From Candidatus Pacearchaeota archaeon UBA73 (GTDB lineage: Archaea > Nanobdellota > Nanobdellia > Pacearchaeales > GW2011-AR1): a stretch of DNA of 64,000 nucleotides. Position numbers and translations under genes: made by a program. Below are positions 41,407 to 51,113 of this stretch, piece by piece. Position 1 is the first letter of the stretch, and each line of letters opens with the position of its first letter. The DNA is taken from contig DAIF01000014.1 of assembly GCA_002496015.1 (NCBI GenBank), forward strand, positions 891 to 64,890, in the 5' to 3' direction. The notes below the pieces were generated by a model. The model was not told where the DNA came from. It did not search any database and saw nothing but the letters and a program-made list of their open reading frames with translations.

Positions 41407-41557
41407 AGCTCTGTTGAAAAAGTAGGAACTGCAGGTTTATTAAAATTTGGGGCGAAGGGATTAGGAGGGACAGGGAGGGTTTTCGACTTGAGCAATACGA
41501 AAGTCGAATCCAAAGTGGGAATCTGAAACCTGCGCAAGAGAGATTTTCAACAGAACC
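41407..41557. mobile_element. MITE copy
   Basis: gctctgttgaaaa...ttttcaacagaac; ctgaataa at 41400-41407 and 41560-41567. Confidence 0.78.
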
Positions 41558-41788
41558 CGCTGAATAATAAGGTTTATTAAGGATAATTTTAAGGTGCGGA
41601 TATGGAAAAAAAGGATGAACTGCAGGAAGAACACGAGAATGACATCTTAGATGTATTCGAAGATGGGGCGCTTGACGAAATTGATGAGAATTAATGTAAT
41701 TACAGAATAGTAACATATAGAAATGTTTAAATAGTGTAATACCATTACAAAGTAGTATAAAATACCCCGATGGGGCAGGAAATCAGAA

Positions 41789-42114
41789 ATGGACAAAACA
41801 ACAGCAGAGTTTAGTGAAGGAGATGTATTTGAAAGTTTGCCAGGACGATTATTTATTTGTAGAGTCACAAGAAAATATCGTGAGCCCGGCTTTTTTTGGA
41901 CGGTCCTCCAAAAAACGTTCTGGAATGTGAATGTTTGGATGTTGAAAAGAGAATGGTTAGATGTGGAGAATTAGAAGTTCCTTCGGAGTGCTATAATTTG
42001 ATTAAAGTCGGCGCTATCATTCCTGTGAGAGATTTTGATAACAATGAGAAAGGTATGTCCATTATGCCCACGCCTTTTGCTTATGCTGGAGTGGAGGAGC
42101 AGTTGCCTAATTAA
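41789..42114 (+). pseudogene. Small gene apparently split by a frameshift at a T7 run
   Basis: ORFs 41789-41974 and 41896-42114 join if one T is added at 41891-41897. Confidence 0.4.
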
Positions 42115-42115
42115 G

Positions 42116-43078
42116 ATGAAACAAAAAATGAAAAATGCTACAATGGATTTTCCTCATCAAGGAAGGGTTTTGATAGCTGCGCATCCGTTTTATAGTCCTA
42201 AAAGCTCTCTGGCTCTACAAAGAGAAATCAGGAAAGATGGGCTGCTTGAGGCGACTGCTTCGGAAGTAGTTTCATTTGTTAGAAAATATTTTAATGGAAA
42301 AAAATCTCGAGCAAGGGACGTTACATGGATTATGAGAAATGGGGGTTTCAGAGGATTCACAGGAATTTTATATGATCCAGCAACACGACTTGTTTCATTT
42401 TTAGATAGACCAGTCTTCAATGATGCTGGCTTTGTTGATATAGGCAATCTTGTTCAAAGAGTCCGCGACGGAGATTTCTATGCTCAAGTTCCATTTAAGC
42501 ATGCAAAATCAAATGTTATTTCCTGGAATAAAGTTGCAAAGTATCCTTATCTTGTTGCGTGGGCTGGCGGACAAGAAGGTGCTGAAAAACTTGCAGACTT
42601 GGCTTCAAAGCATCCTAAAAAGGCAGTTCAATTATGGGTTCCAGACGTTTCACTACTATCAGAAGAAAACCGCCTCCTAGCAACCATTACCGGCTTGGGC
42701 TCCTACCAGGGCGGTTCTGAGCTCAGCTGCGGGGACTGGTACTTGGACCTCGTTTACCATGCGTTCGGGTTATATCGCGGCGCTGCCGAGGGTAGTGCGC
42801 TCGAAAAACCAAAAGAAACTTTGGTTCCCAAATTTAGGGATGATTCCTTTGGACTAATCGCACAAGTTCGCTCTGCCAGGGAGGAAATATATACCGGAGG
42901 GTTAGGAGAAATTCCCGGTAGGTTGAGAGCGATTGGACGACAATTCTCTACATTAAGAGAAACTGCATCGCAGTATTCGGGAGAAGCGCATCAAGAAGTA
43001 AGAGGATATTTGAAGGCTGTGCAGAATTCTATTGATGCTCTTTATCAGGCATTGGAGGACCTTAATAATAAAAGATGA
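42116..43078 (+). CDS. Hypothetical protein with DGR-target-like (CLec-type) variable segment
   Basis: GQEGAEKLA...W...GLGS...AFG motif, NNC-rich codons at 42671-42769, followed by a hairpin. Confidence 0.6.
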   Translation: MKQKMKNATMDFPHQGRVLIAAHPFYSPKSSLALQREIRKDGLLEATASEVVSFVRKYFNGKKSRARDVTWIMRNGGFRGFTGILYDPATRLVSFLDRPVFNDAGFVDIGNLVQRVRDGDFYAQVPFKHAKSNVISWNKVAKYPYLVAWAGGQEGAEKLADLASKHPKKAVQLWVPDVSLLSEENRLLATITGLGSYQGGSELSCGDWYLDLVYHAFGLYRGAAEGSALEKPKETLVPKFRDDSFGLIAQVRSAREEIYTGGLGEIPGRLRAIGRQFSTLRETASQYSGEAHQEVRGYLKAVQNSIDALYQALEDLNNKR

Positions 43079-43230
43079 AACAAAAAATAAGTATTTCGAT
43101 TGAGGAAGAGAAAGTAAGGAAGTTGGATGAGTTGCTTAAGACGAGCAAGTTTAGAAATAAATCTCATGCTGTTGAAGTTGCACTTGAGAAATTGCTGTCG
43201 CAGGAGGGTGAACATGAGACAAAGCGATGA
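43075..43230 (+). CDS. CopG/MetJ ribbon-helix-helix protein (51 aa, not in the ORF track)
   Basis: MKQKISISIEEEKVRKLDELL...FRNKSHAVEVAL; ATGA overlap with the upstream gene. Confidence 0.82.
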   Translation: MKQKISISIEEEKVRKLDELLKTSKFRNKSHAVEVALEKLLSQEGEHETKR

Positions 43231-43579
43231 GCAGTTTCACGAGAAAGCAGACAACTGTTTTGGGCGTATAATTGAGTATGACTCGGACAAAGGAGTCGGC
43301 GTGCTGGAGTTTGAAAACAACAGGATTAATATTCTCTACGACGATGGAAGGCAGCAAGTTATAGACAAATTAACTCTGCCAAATAAGTATTTAGTGGCAA
43401 TTTCAGTTACTGCAAGAGTTGGCAGAGAAATGGCGAGGGAATTAGGAGGGGTTGATGAAGTTTATTCTTTCAGGAAAGGAGAGAGGTTATATTACAATTC
43501 AAAGTTGATGAGGGCTCTTTTAGCCAAAAGACTTACTGGCGTCAGGTCAATAGACGTAACTGTAGAAACTCCAAAATAA
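43214..43579 (+). CDS. Hypothetical protein
   Basis: ATG at 43214 after SD-like ggagggtga. Confidence 0.6.
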   Translation: MRQSDEQFHEKADNCFGRIIEYDSDKGVGVLEFENNRINILYDDGRQQVIDKLTLPNKYLVAISVTARVGREMARELGGVDEVYSFRKGERLYYNSKLMRALLAKRLTGVRSIDVTVETPK

Positions 43580-43621
43580 GATAACAGGTAAAATGATTTT
43601 GCGAAGACAAATGAGAAAATT

Positions 43622-44542
43622 TTAGTGAGAGATTTTTCTTGCAGTTGCCCTTGCCTTTCCGAAGTTCGTTTCACTTTCGTATGATTCGGTATCTCCTTGA
43701 AATATACTCCTTGATGTCCCTTTGCTGTAGAAGTTGTCCCCAGTTATTATTTCTGATTTGCCTATCCAGACACCTGAAGCAGGGCCGTATTTACGAGTTA
43801 TCTCTCCAAATGAGACGATTGGTTTTTCTAATCCATCAGCATATCTTCTCATTATTTGCAGAGTATGATACATTCCGTCTTTTGGACTCCAACCTGTGAT
43901 TGAATGAGTTGTGAGATAAAATTGATTTGGACCAAGTCTGGGCTGTTGTTCGTCCAATGGTCCTCCGCGAAGAAACCAACCATTTTCGATTAATCTGTTC
44001 CTGCCCGTTCCTTTAGTCTTCATTGTTTGACCTGTAGTCAGCATCATCTTGCCTGTGAATTCCCATTTTCCTACTATTTGTTCCAATCTTTTAACTTCAA
44101 TAGGCATTTCTCCGGAAGTGTCCAAGCCCAAATAATGTGCAAATATTTGAGGGTTTTCTATTGCTTCATTCACTCTGTCTCCGAGCTCCCGATAACCAAG
44201 GGGCTCGCCTTCGAATTGCGCGCGGGCTACGGGTTTATCTTTGTTTTTCTCTGCTACGGATGCTAGGGTTCTGCTGAATTGAACTATCTGCATCATTTTT
44301 TGAGCGTCATTACCTCTTGCCGCCGCAGGTATTCCATAGGCATTTGCTGCAACAATGGCGATTGCTCCAATCAAGCTAAGAGTTTTCTCAGAATCAAATT
44401 CTCTGTGATATCCTACAATTCTGTTATGTTCATCATAAGTTGGTTGAAAAGAAGTGCATCCTGTTTGAACGGGCATTAGTAATGCTGATAGACCTGTAAG
44501 CGCCACAACTGTTGTTCTTTGAATTAATCCGGGTTTTCGCAT
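43622..44542 (-). CDS. Putative lipoprotein with DUF1579-like beta-barrel
   Basis: Lipobox-like QTGC; KRLEQIVGKWEF. Confidence 0.5.
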   Translation of the reverse strand: MRKPGLIQRTTVVALTGLSALLMPVQTGCTSFQPTYDEHNRIVGYHREFDSEKTLSLIGAIAIVAANAYGIPAAARGNDAQKMMQIVQFSRTLASVAEKNKDKPVARAQFEGEPLGYRELGDRVNEAIENPQIFAHYLGLDTSGEMPIEVKRLEQIVGKWEFTGKMMLTTGQTMKTKGTGRNRLIENGWFLRGGPLDEQQPRLGPNQFYLTTHSITGWSPKDGMYHTLQIMRRYADGLEKPIVSFGEITRKYGPASGVWIGKSEIITGDNFYSKGTSRSIFQGDTESYESETNFGKARATARKISH

Positions 44543-44575
44543 AAAATTGTGGAGAATTAAGTTTTATAAAGTTTT

Positions 44576-44884
44576 CTAGAAAGCTTCTTCCTGAATCTCT
44601 TCCTTTTTGGGTTTTGACTTGGGGGAAGAATCCTCTTTTTGTCCGGAAGACAGTTTTGCTTGTTCAGTCATCTCAAGATCTTTTTCGTTAATTGAGTTAA
44701 TTGCCTGTTTAAATGCCTTGAAGTGTTCTGCAGGAATTCGGGTGCCTGCTTTGGTGAACCCGGTGTATCTCTCTGATTTGACAAACTCCCGAATTGTTAA
44801 ACCTATTTTGCCCCCAAAATCATCTATGCGTATAACAATGTCAGTATCAGGATTTTTTGGAATTCTGTCAATGTCTTTCTCCAT
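44576..44884 (-). CDS. PC4/p15-family ssDNA-binding protein
   Basis: IRIDDFGG...IREF...FTKAGTRIP. Confidence 0.8.
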   Translation of the reverse strand: MEKDIDRIPKNPDTDIVIRIDDFGGKIGLTIREFVKSERYTGFTKAGTRIPAEHFKAFKQAINSINEKDLEMTEQAKLSSGQKEDSSPKSKPKKEEIQEEAF

Positions 44885-44989
44885 TTTTTTGTTAAATGAG
44901 TTTTCTATATAAATCTTAGTGTTCATTATTCAGTTATATCCTGAAATATACTTTAGAAGAGTTTTTAACGTCAGAAATTATTTTTTTAG

Positions 44990-45994
44990 ATGAACTTGAA
45001 AATCGGAGAACTGAAACTGAAAAATCCCTTGATGTTAGCGCCGATGGTAGATGTGACTGACTTACCTTTTCGGCTTTTATGTCGTCGGGCGGGGGCGGCG
45101 ATGTGTTATACTGAAATGGTTTATGTTGATGCTTTGCTGCATGAGAACGCGTCAACGCTGAGAATGGTTAAAACTTGTGCGGCGGATAAGCCATTGGGTT
45201 TGCAGATTACCGGAAACTCTATTGAGGAGTTTGAGGAATTTGTTTCTCGCAGGAAATTGTGGGAAAAATTTGAGCTGATTGATTTGAATTGCGGGTGTCC
45301 TTCGACGCGGATTGTTGGGACTAAGGCCGGTTCGTATCTTTTGAAAGAGCCGGAGAAGATTGCTATGATTATTCGGATTTTGAAACAAACCGGAAAGCCT
45401 GTGACTGCGAAGATTCGTCTCGGGTATCTGAAAAATAATGTTTTGGAGATTGCGCGAATGATTGAAGGCGCGGGAGCTGACGCTTTGACGGTTCATGCAC
45501 GATTGTCTAATGAGCCGTATGCTAAGAAGGCGGACTGGGATTGGATTGGGCGAGTTAAGCGGGAGGTGGGAATTCCGGTGATTGGGAATGGCGACGTTTT
45601 TTCCGGAAAAGATGCGGAGGAGATTTTGAATATTTGCGACGGGGTGATGGTTGCGCGGGGCGCGATTGGGGATCCTTTGGTTTTTAGAAGGATTTTGAAT
45701 TATTTGACCGACGGGAAAAAGTATGTAACCAACCACCCCGAACCGCGGGGAGCCTCTGTTCGAGAGAATTGGGGGATGGATTGGAAAGAGAATTTGAAAC
45801 AGTTTGAAGAATATTTGAAATTAGAGAAGAAATATTTTGGCTCGAATGTGGATTTAGGGAAGATAAAATATGTCGGCGGGAAGTTTCTTCGTGGTTTTAC
45901 TGGTGCGTCAAAAAAGCGGGACGGGTTTATGAAGTTGAAAAATTGGGGGGAGATTGAGAAGTTTGTCGAGGATCTTCGTAAGAGTCTGGGTTGA
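44990..45994 (+). CDS. dus: tRNA-dihydrouridine synthase
   Basis: LAPMVDVTD, IDLNCGCP, KIRLG, TVHAR, GNGDV, GVMVARG. Confidence 0.95.
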   Translation: MNLKIGELKLKNPLMLAPMVDVTDLPFRLLCRRAGAAMCYTEMVYVDALLHENASTLRMVKTCAADKPLGLQITGNSIEEFEEFVSRRKLWEKFELIDLNCGCPSTRIVGTKAGSYLLKEPEKIAMIIRILKQTGKPVTAKIRLGYLKNNVLEIARMIEGAGADALTVHARLSNEPYAKKADWDWIGRVKREVGIPVIGNGDVFSGKDAEEILNICDGVMVARGAIGDPLVFRRILNYLTDGKKYVTNHPEPRGASVRENWGMDWKENLKQFEEYLKLEKKYFGSNVDLGKIKYVGGKFLRGFTGASKKRDGFMKLKNWGEIEKFVEDLRKSLG

Positions 45995-46482
45995 TTCCTC
46001 GTGCAATTAAAACTGTTGCCAGAAAATAGCCGGGTGCGGGAGGTCTTCCGTTGTGACCTACAATTCGCACGAATTCTCTTTGATTCATCCCCAAATGAGT
46101 TTCTTCTTCGTCGGCAATGCGTTTTATCAGTCTCGCTTCTTGTGGAGGAAGGGCGTCTAAATAGTTTTCTCTTGGCGACCCGCGAAGTCGCCTATAACGA
46201 GTGTATTCGACAGCTAAACGGGCTAATTGAGAGCCAGAAGTATCCAGAAGAGATGTATAAGTTGAACCCTTTGTTTTCGCGTTGTCATTTAAGCTAGTGG
46301 ATTTGATGGAGTTATAAAGATTTTTGTGGTGTATAGCACAAATAATTAGCCAAAATGAATTAGAGCGCCTTGGACGCGATGCACTTGATATTGGGAAGCT
46401 GGATTGAAAAATTAGTTGGAGGCGGTTAGGTTTTCTTTTTGGAGTGGGAAAGATTTATTAATTAAAATCTTGTGTGTAAAAC

Positions 46483-46701
46483 ATGGAAGAAAACATCACT
46501 TTGGGGAAAATATATGAAAAGCTAGGAAAGATAGAATTAGACATAGAACTGCTCAATGATAAGTTGGATTGGGCCAATGAGTTTAGTGAGGAGGAAAATA
46601 AGGAATTTGAGGAAGGAACAAGGGAAGCATGGAAGGAAATTGAGGAAGGCAGGTATGCAAGATATAATTCTACTGAAGAATTTTTGGAGAGCTTCAAATA
46701 A
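46483..46701 (+). CDS. Putative antitoxin
   Basis: Acidic 72 aa ending EIEEGRY...EEFLE, upstream of a RelE-like gene. Confidence 0.7.
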   Translation: MEENITLGKIYEKLGKIELDIELLNDKLDWANEFSEEENKEFEEGTREAWKEIEEGRYARYNSTEEFLESFK

Positions 46702-46702
46702 A

Positions 46703-46948
46703 ATGCCTACGGTAAAGGAGAGCGATAGATTTAAGCTTGCAAAGTCTAGGTTGGATAAAAGTTATCTGATGAGGTTGAAGAAATTAGTAGAGAAAATAAT
46801 CGCAAATCCTCAGATTGGAAAACCTATGAAATACGATAGAAAGGATACAAGAGAGGTTTATCTTAAGCCGTTTAGAGTGTCTTATGCTTACGATAAAAAT
46901 GAGGATATATTGATCTTCTTGAATGTTTATCATAAGAAGAAGCAATAA
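46703..46948 (+). CDS. RelE/ParE-family toxin
   Basis: KIIANPQIGKPM...REVYLKPFRVSY...FLNVYHK; ATG at 46703. Confidence 0.85.
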   Translation: MPTVKESDRFKLAKSRLDKSYLMRLKKLVEKIIANPQIGKPMKYDRKDTREVYLKPFRVSYAYDKNEDILIFLNVYHKKKQ

Positions 46949-47066
46949 ATAGCTTAAACGAATTAGACGATGACTAACGAAGTCATTCGCTTAACTTATG
47001 AGGCAGCCAGTGCCGGACGCGCTCGACATTGAAAAGGCTTTTATACCCATTACCTGCTAAATAATT

Positions 47067-47465
47067 ATGGAAATATTTTGTCAAAGATGGTACGGGGATG
47101 GAAGGGAAAGATTTTCAACAGAGCCGCTTTTGAAGAAAGATTTTATAGTGATGAGAAGTGGGATTTTTATGGCAAAATCCTTGAGGCATTATCTGGAAGA
47201 AGGGACAATTGTTGGAAAATATTTTAGGATTCCTTCTGAACAAAGGCCTCTTGAGGGCGTTGGAAGTTCTGGGGTCTATCAAGTTGTAAGCATAACTAAT
47301 CAGGGTAATTTAATGGTTTGTGACGCAGGGGATTATTTATCTGAAAGATTTAGATATTTTGATCTTGAAAAATGTTTAAATGACAGAAGGGCTTCTTTTT
47401 TAGCAGCCTCTTTTGCGTCATTTCGTTTTAAGCCACAAGAACCAAAGTATATTGGCAACATTTGA
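47067..47465 (+). CDS. Hypothetical protein
   Basis: ORF; start uncertain. Confidence 0.5.
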   Translation: MEIFCQRWYGDGRERFSTEPLLKKDFIVMRSGIFMAKSLRHYLEEGTIVGKYFRIPSEQRPLEGVGSSGVYQVVSITNQGNLMVCDAGDYLSERFRYFDLEKCLNDRRASFLAASFASFRFKPQEPKYIGNI

Positions 47466-47513
47466 AATTTTTGATATGATTAGTTTTATATAATCTTTGA
47501 TTTTTAGTTGGAA

Positions 47514-48905
47514 ATGGCAGAATTAAAATTATTCAACACGCTGACGAGTAAAAAGGATGTTTTCAAACCGATAAAAAAAGAGGAGGTAGGAATGTATTCG
47601 TGTGGGCCAACGGTTTATTGGTATCAACATATTGGAAATTTGAGGGCGTATCTTTTTGCGGATACTCTGAGAAGAGTTCTTGAGTATAATGGTTATAAAG
47701 TAAAACATGTGATTAATGTGACCGATGTAGGACATTTGACTTCGGATGCGGACGAGGGTGAGGACAAAATGGAGAAGGCGGCCGCGAAAGAAGGGAAGAG
47801 CGCCGAGGAGATTGCGGACTTTTATTTTAAGGTCTTTCTTGAAGACCTAAAGAAACTAAATGTGAAACAGCCGAGCGCGTGGACGAAGGCGACCGAGCAC
47901 ATAAAAGAACAAATTGATCTGATTAAAAGATTAGAAAAAAAAGGATTTACTTATGAGACGACCGACGGAATTTATTTTGATTCTTCAAAGTTTAAGGATT
48001 ACGGAAAATTGGCGAAGTTAAAAATTGAAGGTTTAACGAGCGGGAAGAGGATTAATATTGGGGAGAAGAAAAATAAGACAGACTTTGCGTTGTGGAAATT
48101 TTCTTCGCCGAGCGAGAAGAGACAGCAAGAGTGGCCTTCGCCGTGGGGAATTGGTTTTCCGGGATGGCATATCGAGTGCAGTGCAATGAGCATGAAGTAT
48201 CTTGGAGAAAGTTTCGATATTCATACTGGCGGAGAGGAACATGTGCCTGTTCATCATACAAATGAAATTGCACAAAGCGAGTGTGCTACCGGAAAGAAGT
48301 TTGTAAATTACTGGCTACATTTCAGATGGCTGTTGAACAAGGGCGAGAAGATGTCGAAGAGCAAAGGTGGAATTTTTACATTGTCTGAATTGGAGGATAA
48401 AGGTTATGATCCGCTTGATTTTAGATATTTGTTTTTGCTTACACACTATCGAAAGTCAATGAATTTTGATTTGGAGACATTGGATGCAGCGCGGAATGCT
48501 CACAAGAAAATGAGGAGGAAAGTTGCTGAGTTGAGAAATGAGAAACATAAGGGGCAGGATAATTCAGAGGAATACGAAGATAAATTTGTCACGGCGATAA
48601 ATGATGATTTGAATATGCCTCGTGCGCTTGAGGTTGTATGGACAATGCTCGACGATTTTAATTTTGAACCGAAGAAAAAGTTGAAACTGCTTGAGAAATT
48701 TGATTTGGTTTTGGGGCTGAATGTCAGAGAAATGAAAGAAGAAAAGATTTCCGCGCCGAAGGAAGTTCTGGAATTAGTTAGGGAGAGGGAGAAGCTAAGA
48801 AAGGCGAAGATGTGGGCTGATTCAGATTTGTTTAGAGAGAGAATAAGAGAGAAAGGGTTTATTATTCAGGACACGCCGAAAGGACCGAAGCTGGAAAAGA
48901 TTTGA
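47514..48905 (+). CDS. cysS: Cysteine-tRNA ligase
   Basis: CGPTVY..HIGN, DFALWK, PGWHIECS, KMSKS. Confidence 0.97.
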   Translation: MAELKLFNTLTSKKDVFKPIKKEEVGMYSCGPTVYWYQHIGNLRAYLFADTLRRVLEYNGYKVKHVINVTDVGHLTSDADEGEDKMEKAAAKEGKSAEEIADFYFKVFLEDLKKLNVKQPSAWTKATEHIKEQIDLIKRLEKKGFTYETTDGIYFDSSKFKDYGKLAKLKIEGLTSGKRINIGEKKNKTDFALWKFSSPSEKRQQEWPSPWGIGFPGWHIECSAMSMKYLGESFDIHTGGEEHVPVHHTNEIAQSECATGKKFVNYWLHFRWLLNKGEKMSKSKGGIFTLSELEDKGYDPLDFRYLFLLTHYRKSMNFDLETLDAARNAHKKMRRKVAELRNEKHKGQDNSEEYEDKFVTAINDDLNMPRALEVVWTMLDDFNFEPKKKLKLLEKFDLVLGLNVREMKEEKISAPKEVLELVREREKLRKAKMWADSDLFRERIREKGFIIQDTPKGPKLEKI

Positions 48906-48929
48906 ATAGAGAAGTTCTGGCTGATTTTT

Positions 48930-49124
48930 ATGGGATATGGTTTAACTGATCTTGGAGAGAAGGTCCTTTCCAGAGAGGACGAACGAGCTTGGCAAAAAAT
49001 AGATTATGGTGCGTTTAAAAAATTAGCCGGGCGTCATAGTGTTGTCAGAACGTTGAGAGAAATAGCTAAAGCAAAGTCTCTTTTTAGTGAAAACTCTGGT
49101 GACTTTTCTGTAAGGGACCTATAA
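48930..49124 (+). CDS. Small hypothetical protein
   Basis: 64-aa ORF. Confidence 0.35.
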   Translation: MGYGLTDLGEKVLSREDERAWQKIDYGAFKKLAGRHSVVRTLREIAKAKSLFSENSGDFSVRDL

Positions 49125-49161
49125 TAAGAAGAGATTTTGCGGAATCGGTAAGAGATATTAT

Positions 49162-50019
49162 TTAATAAAATCTTTTTTTGTATCTACTATGCTCTTCTGA
49201 ACGATGATGACTTGGCGAGGAGGTGTGATGTTCTTCTTTCTTTAACCGTTCGAGCATCTTTTTCTTTTCCTCTAATCTTCTCTGTGCATCATCTAAACGG
49301 TTGCGTTTTTTGTATTGTTCGATTTGTCTCTCGACGTCTTCTATCTCTTTTTCTATAACGTCTAGGTCTCTATCTGTGGAGGAGGATGATTTGTATTTTA
49401 CGTTTAATTTTACCGGCTCCATGCCATATTGAATCGTTTTTGGCGCTTTCAGCTTGGAAATGAGGAATACAACAATAGCGGCGATAACGCCTAAGATAAA
49501 AATACCTCCTACAGTGTAATAAACTATCTGGTAATTGCCGTCGTTAAAAACCGAGCCGTTTGAGGCGATTGCACTAGCTAAGATAGTATCTTCCTGATTA
49601 TCTTGGATATCTTCTTGTATTTCTTCAGTCTGGTTTTGGGGTTCTTCCGGCTCTGCGGGGGGCTCCTCGTCATCATACTCAGGGGGAGTATAATCTTCGG
49701 GAAAGAGATTCGGTAGCTGTATTGTTTCCCCGGCAGCATAAGGTCCCGGAAATTGTTCTCGGTATTTTTTGACATCAAACGCTTCTACCACAACCATCAC
49801 ACCGAAACTCGATTGGGTGCCCTCGTAGATGTGAGTCACATCGCCATAAATATCAGAAAGATATTTTTCAGGAGCGCTGTAGATTACTGTGAAATCAGTA
49901 TTCCAGATGGAGATAGATACGTCATGTCCAGGGAGCGTTTTTAGCTTAATCGTCGTTGCACCGGAAACCGCTGGCAGGACCAATAGGAGCGCAATTAGTA
50001 CTAATGTTGCTGGCTTCAT
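49162..50019 (-). CDS. Single-pass membrane protein (signal peptide, acidic linker, cytoplasmic coiled coil)
   Basis: Hydrophobic N-terminus, TM near aa 165-188. Confidence 0.75.
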   Translation of the reverse strand: MKPATLVLIALLLVLPAVSGATTIKLKTLPGHDVSISIWNTDFTVIYSAPEKYLSDIYGDVTHIYEGTQSSFGVMVVVEAFDVKKYREQFPGPYAAGETIQLPNLFPEDYTPPEYDDEEPPAEPEEPQNQTEEIQEDIQDNQEDTILASAIASNGSVFNDGNYQIVYYTVGGIFILGVIAAIVVFLISKLKAPKTIQYGMEPVKLNVKYKSSSSTDRDLDVIEKEIEDVERQIEQYKKRNRLDDAQRRLEEKKKMLERLKKEEHHTSSPSHHRSEEHSRYKKRFY

Positions 50020-50186
50020 TAAATCACTTAGCTGAATATGTTTATAAAATTTTCCAGGAAGGGCTCTGTTTAAAATATCTCTGAATATCCGCCTAATAAG
50101 ATCGTTTTACTAATTTACTCTCGATAAAAACAACAACACTCAATTTTGTAAAGCTAAAAAGTTTTTTGAAGCTCCGCCTCAAGACT

Positions 50187-50277
50187 AGCTCTGTTCAAAG
50201 TTTGTCTATTTTACCTAATAATCCCTCTCGCGTATCCCTCCCAAATTAAATAAAGCCGACAAACTCCGGATAGAACC
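50187..50277. repeat. Short MITE copy
   Basis: agctctgttcaaagttt...aaactccggatagaacc. Confidence 0.65.
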
Positions 50278-50321
50278 CAAGGTCGGAAAGATTTATAAAT
50301 AGATGTTTACCAGAATTGTTC

Positions 50322-50816
50322 ATGGCAAGAATGGTTTGGATTGGTGCGATTATTGTTGCATTATTTGTGTTAGTTTCTTTTGGTGCTTATGCTTTGGGTC
50401 AGATGGGTGCAGATGATAGTATAGACCCTACCCAGTTGATATCCTTACAGGAGGAGAATTCTCAGCTTGAAGTTAAAGTGACTGAATTGACTGCTCTGAC
50501 TTCTGAAATGAATCAGCAGATGGTCGTGTTGCGGTCGGAGAATACAAACTTGAAGAATCAGATACAGCAGTTGCAGAACCTACAGTCCGATGAGGATGAC
50601 GTGTGCGAGGATCTTGAGGATGAATGGGATGATCTTGAGAGGGAAATAGAGGATTTGGAGAATGAGATTGAAGAGCTGGAGGCTGAGATTGAAGATGCAG
50701 AAGGTGATGAACTCGATGATCTGGAAGACCAATTAGCCGATTTGGAAGATGAGCTTGAGGATTTGAAACAGGAGTTAGAAGATCTTGAAGACGAAATGGA
50801 TGATGAGGGTTGTTAA
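50322..50816 (+). CDS. Membrane-anchored, very acidic coiled-coil protein
   Basis: N-terminal TM, heptads of LEDE/IEEL. Confidence 0.75.
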   Translation: MARMVWIGAIIVALFVLVSFGAYALGQMGADDSIDPTQLISLQEENSQLEVKVTELTALTSEMNQQMVVLRSENTNLKNQIQQLQNLQSDEDDVCEDLEDEWDDLEREIEDLENEIEELEAEIEDAEGDELDDLEDQLADLEDELEDLKQELEDLEDEMDDEGC

Positions 50817-50843
50817 TCCGAAGTCAGTATTTTTCAACAGAGC

Positions 50844-51113
50844 TTATAACCCGTAAGATTCAGACAATATTTTTATTTTGCTATATTCTTGAAGGAACTC
50901 TTCTCCTTTTTTTGTAATTAGGAAATGCTTCTTCCCACCGATTTCAACAGATTCTATCAGTTTGTTCTTCAGCAGTTCCTCTAAGTAAGGTTTAATACTG
51001 TTGTTAGATAAATTCGCCTTGTAAATCAAGTGCGTTATTTTCGCCTGCTTACCTTTTCTTACTACTTCTAGAAGGTCTTTTATTACCTCTAATTTGGTTC
51101 TTTTCTTGGTCAT
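50844..51113 (-). CDS. Archaeal winged-helix transcription regulator
   Basis: KRTKLEVIKDLL...THLIYKANLS...ITKKGEEFL. Confidence 0.88.
   Translation of the reverse strand: MTKKRTKLEVIKDLLEVVRKGKQAKITHLIYKANLSNNSIKPYLEELLKNKLIESVEIGGKKHFLITKKGEEFLQEYSKIKILSESYGL

Noticed and set aside
46001-46297. 98-aa ORF after dus
   Set aside because: GTG start, no motif; not supportable as a gene
50062-50844. Composite transposon carrying the acidic coiled-coil gene between TIR-like ends
   Set aside because: No target-site duplication; the ends are better explained as separate MITE remnants
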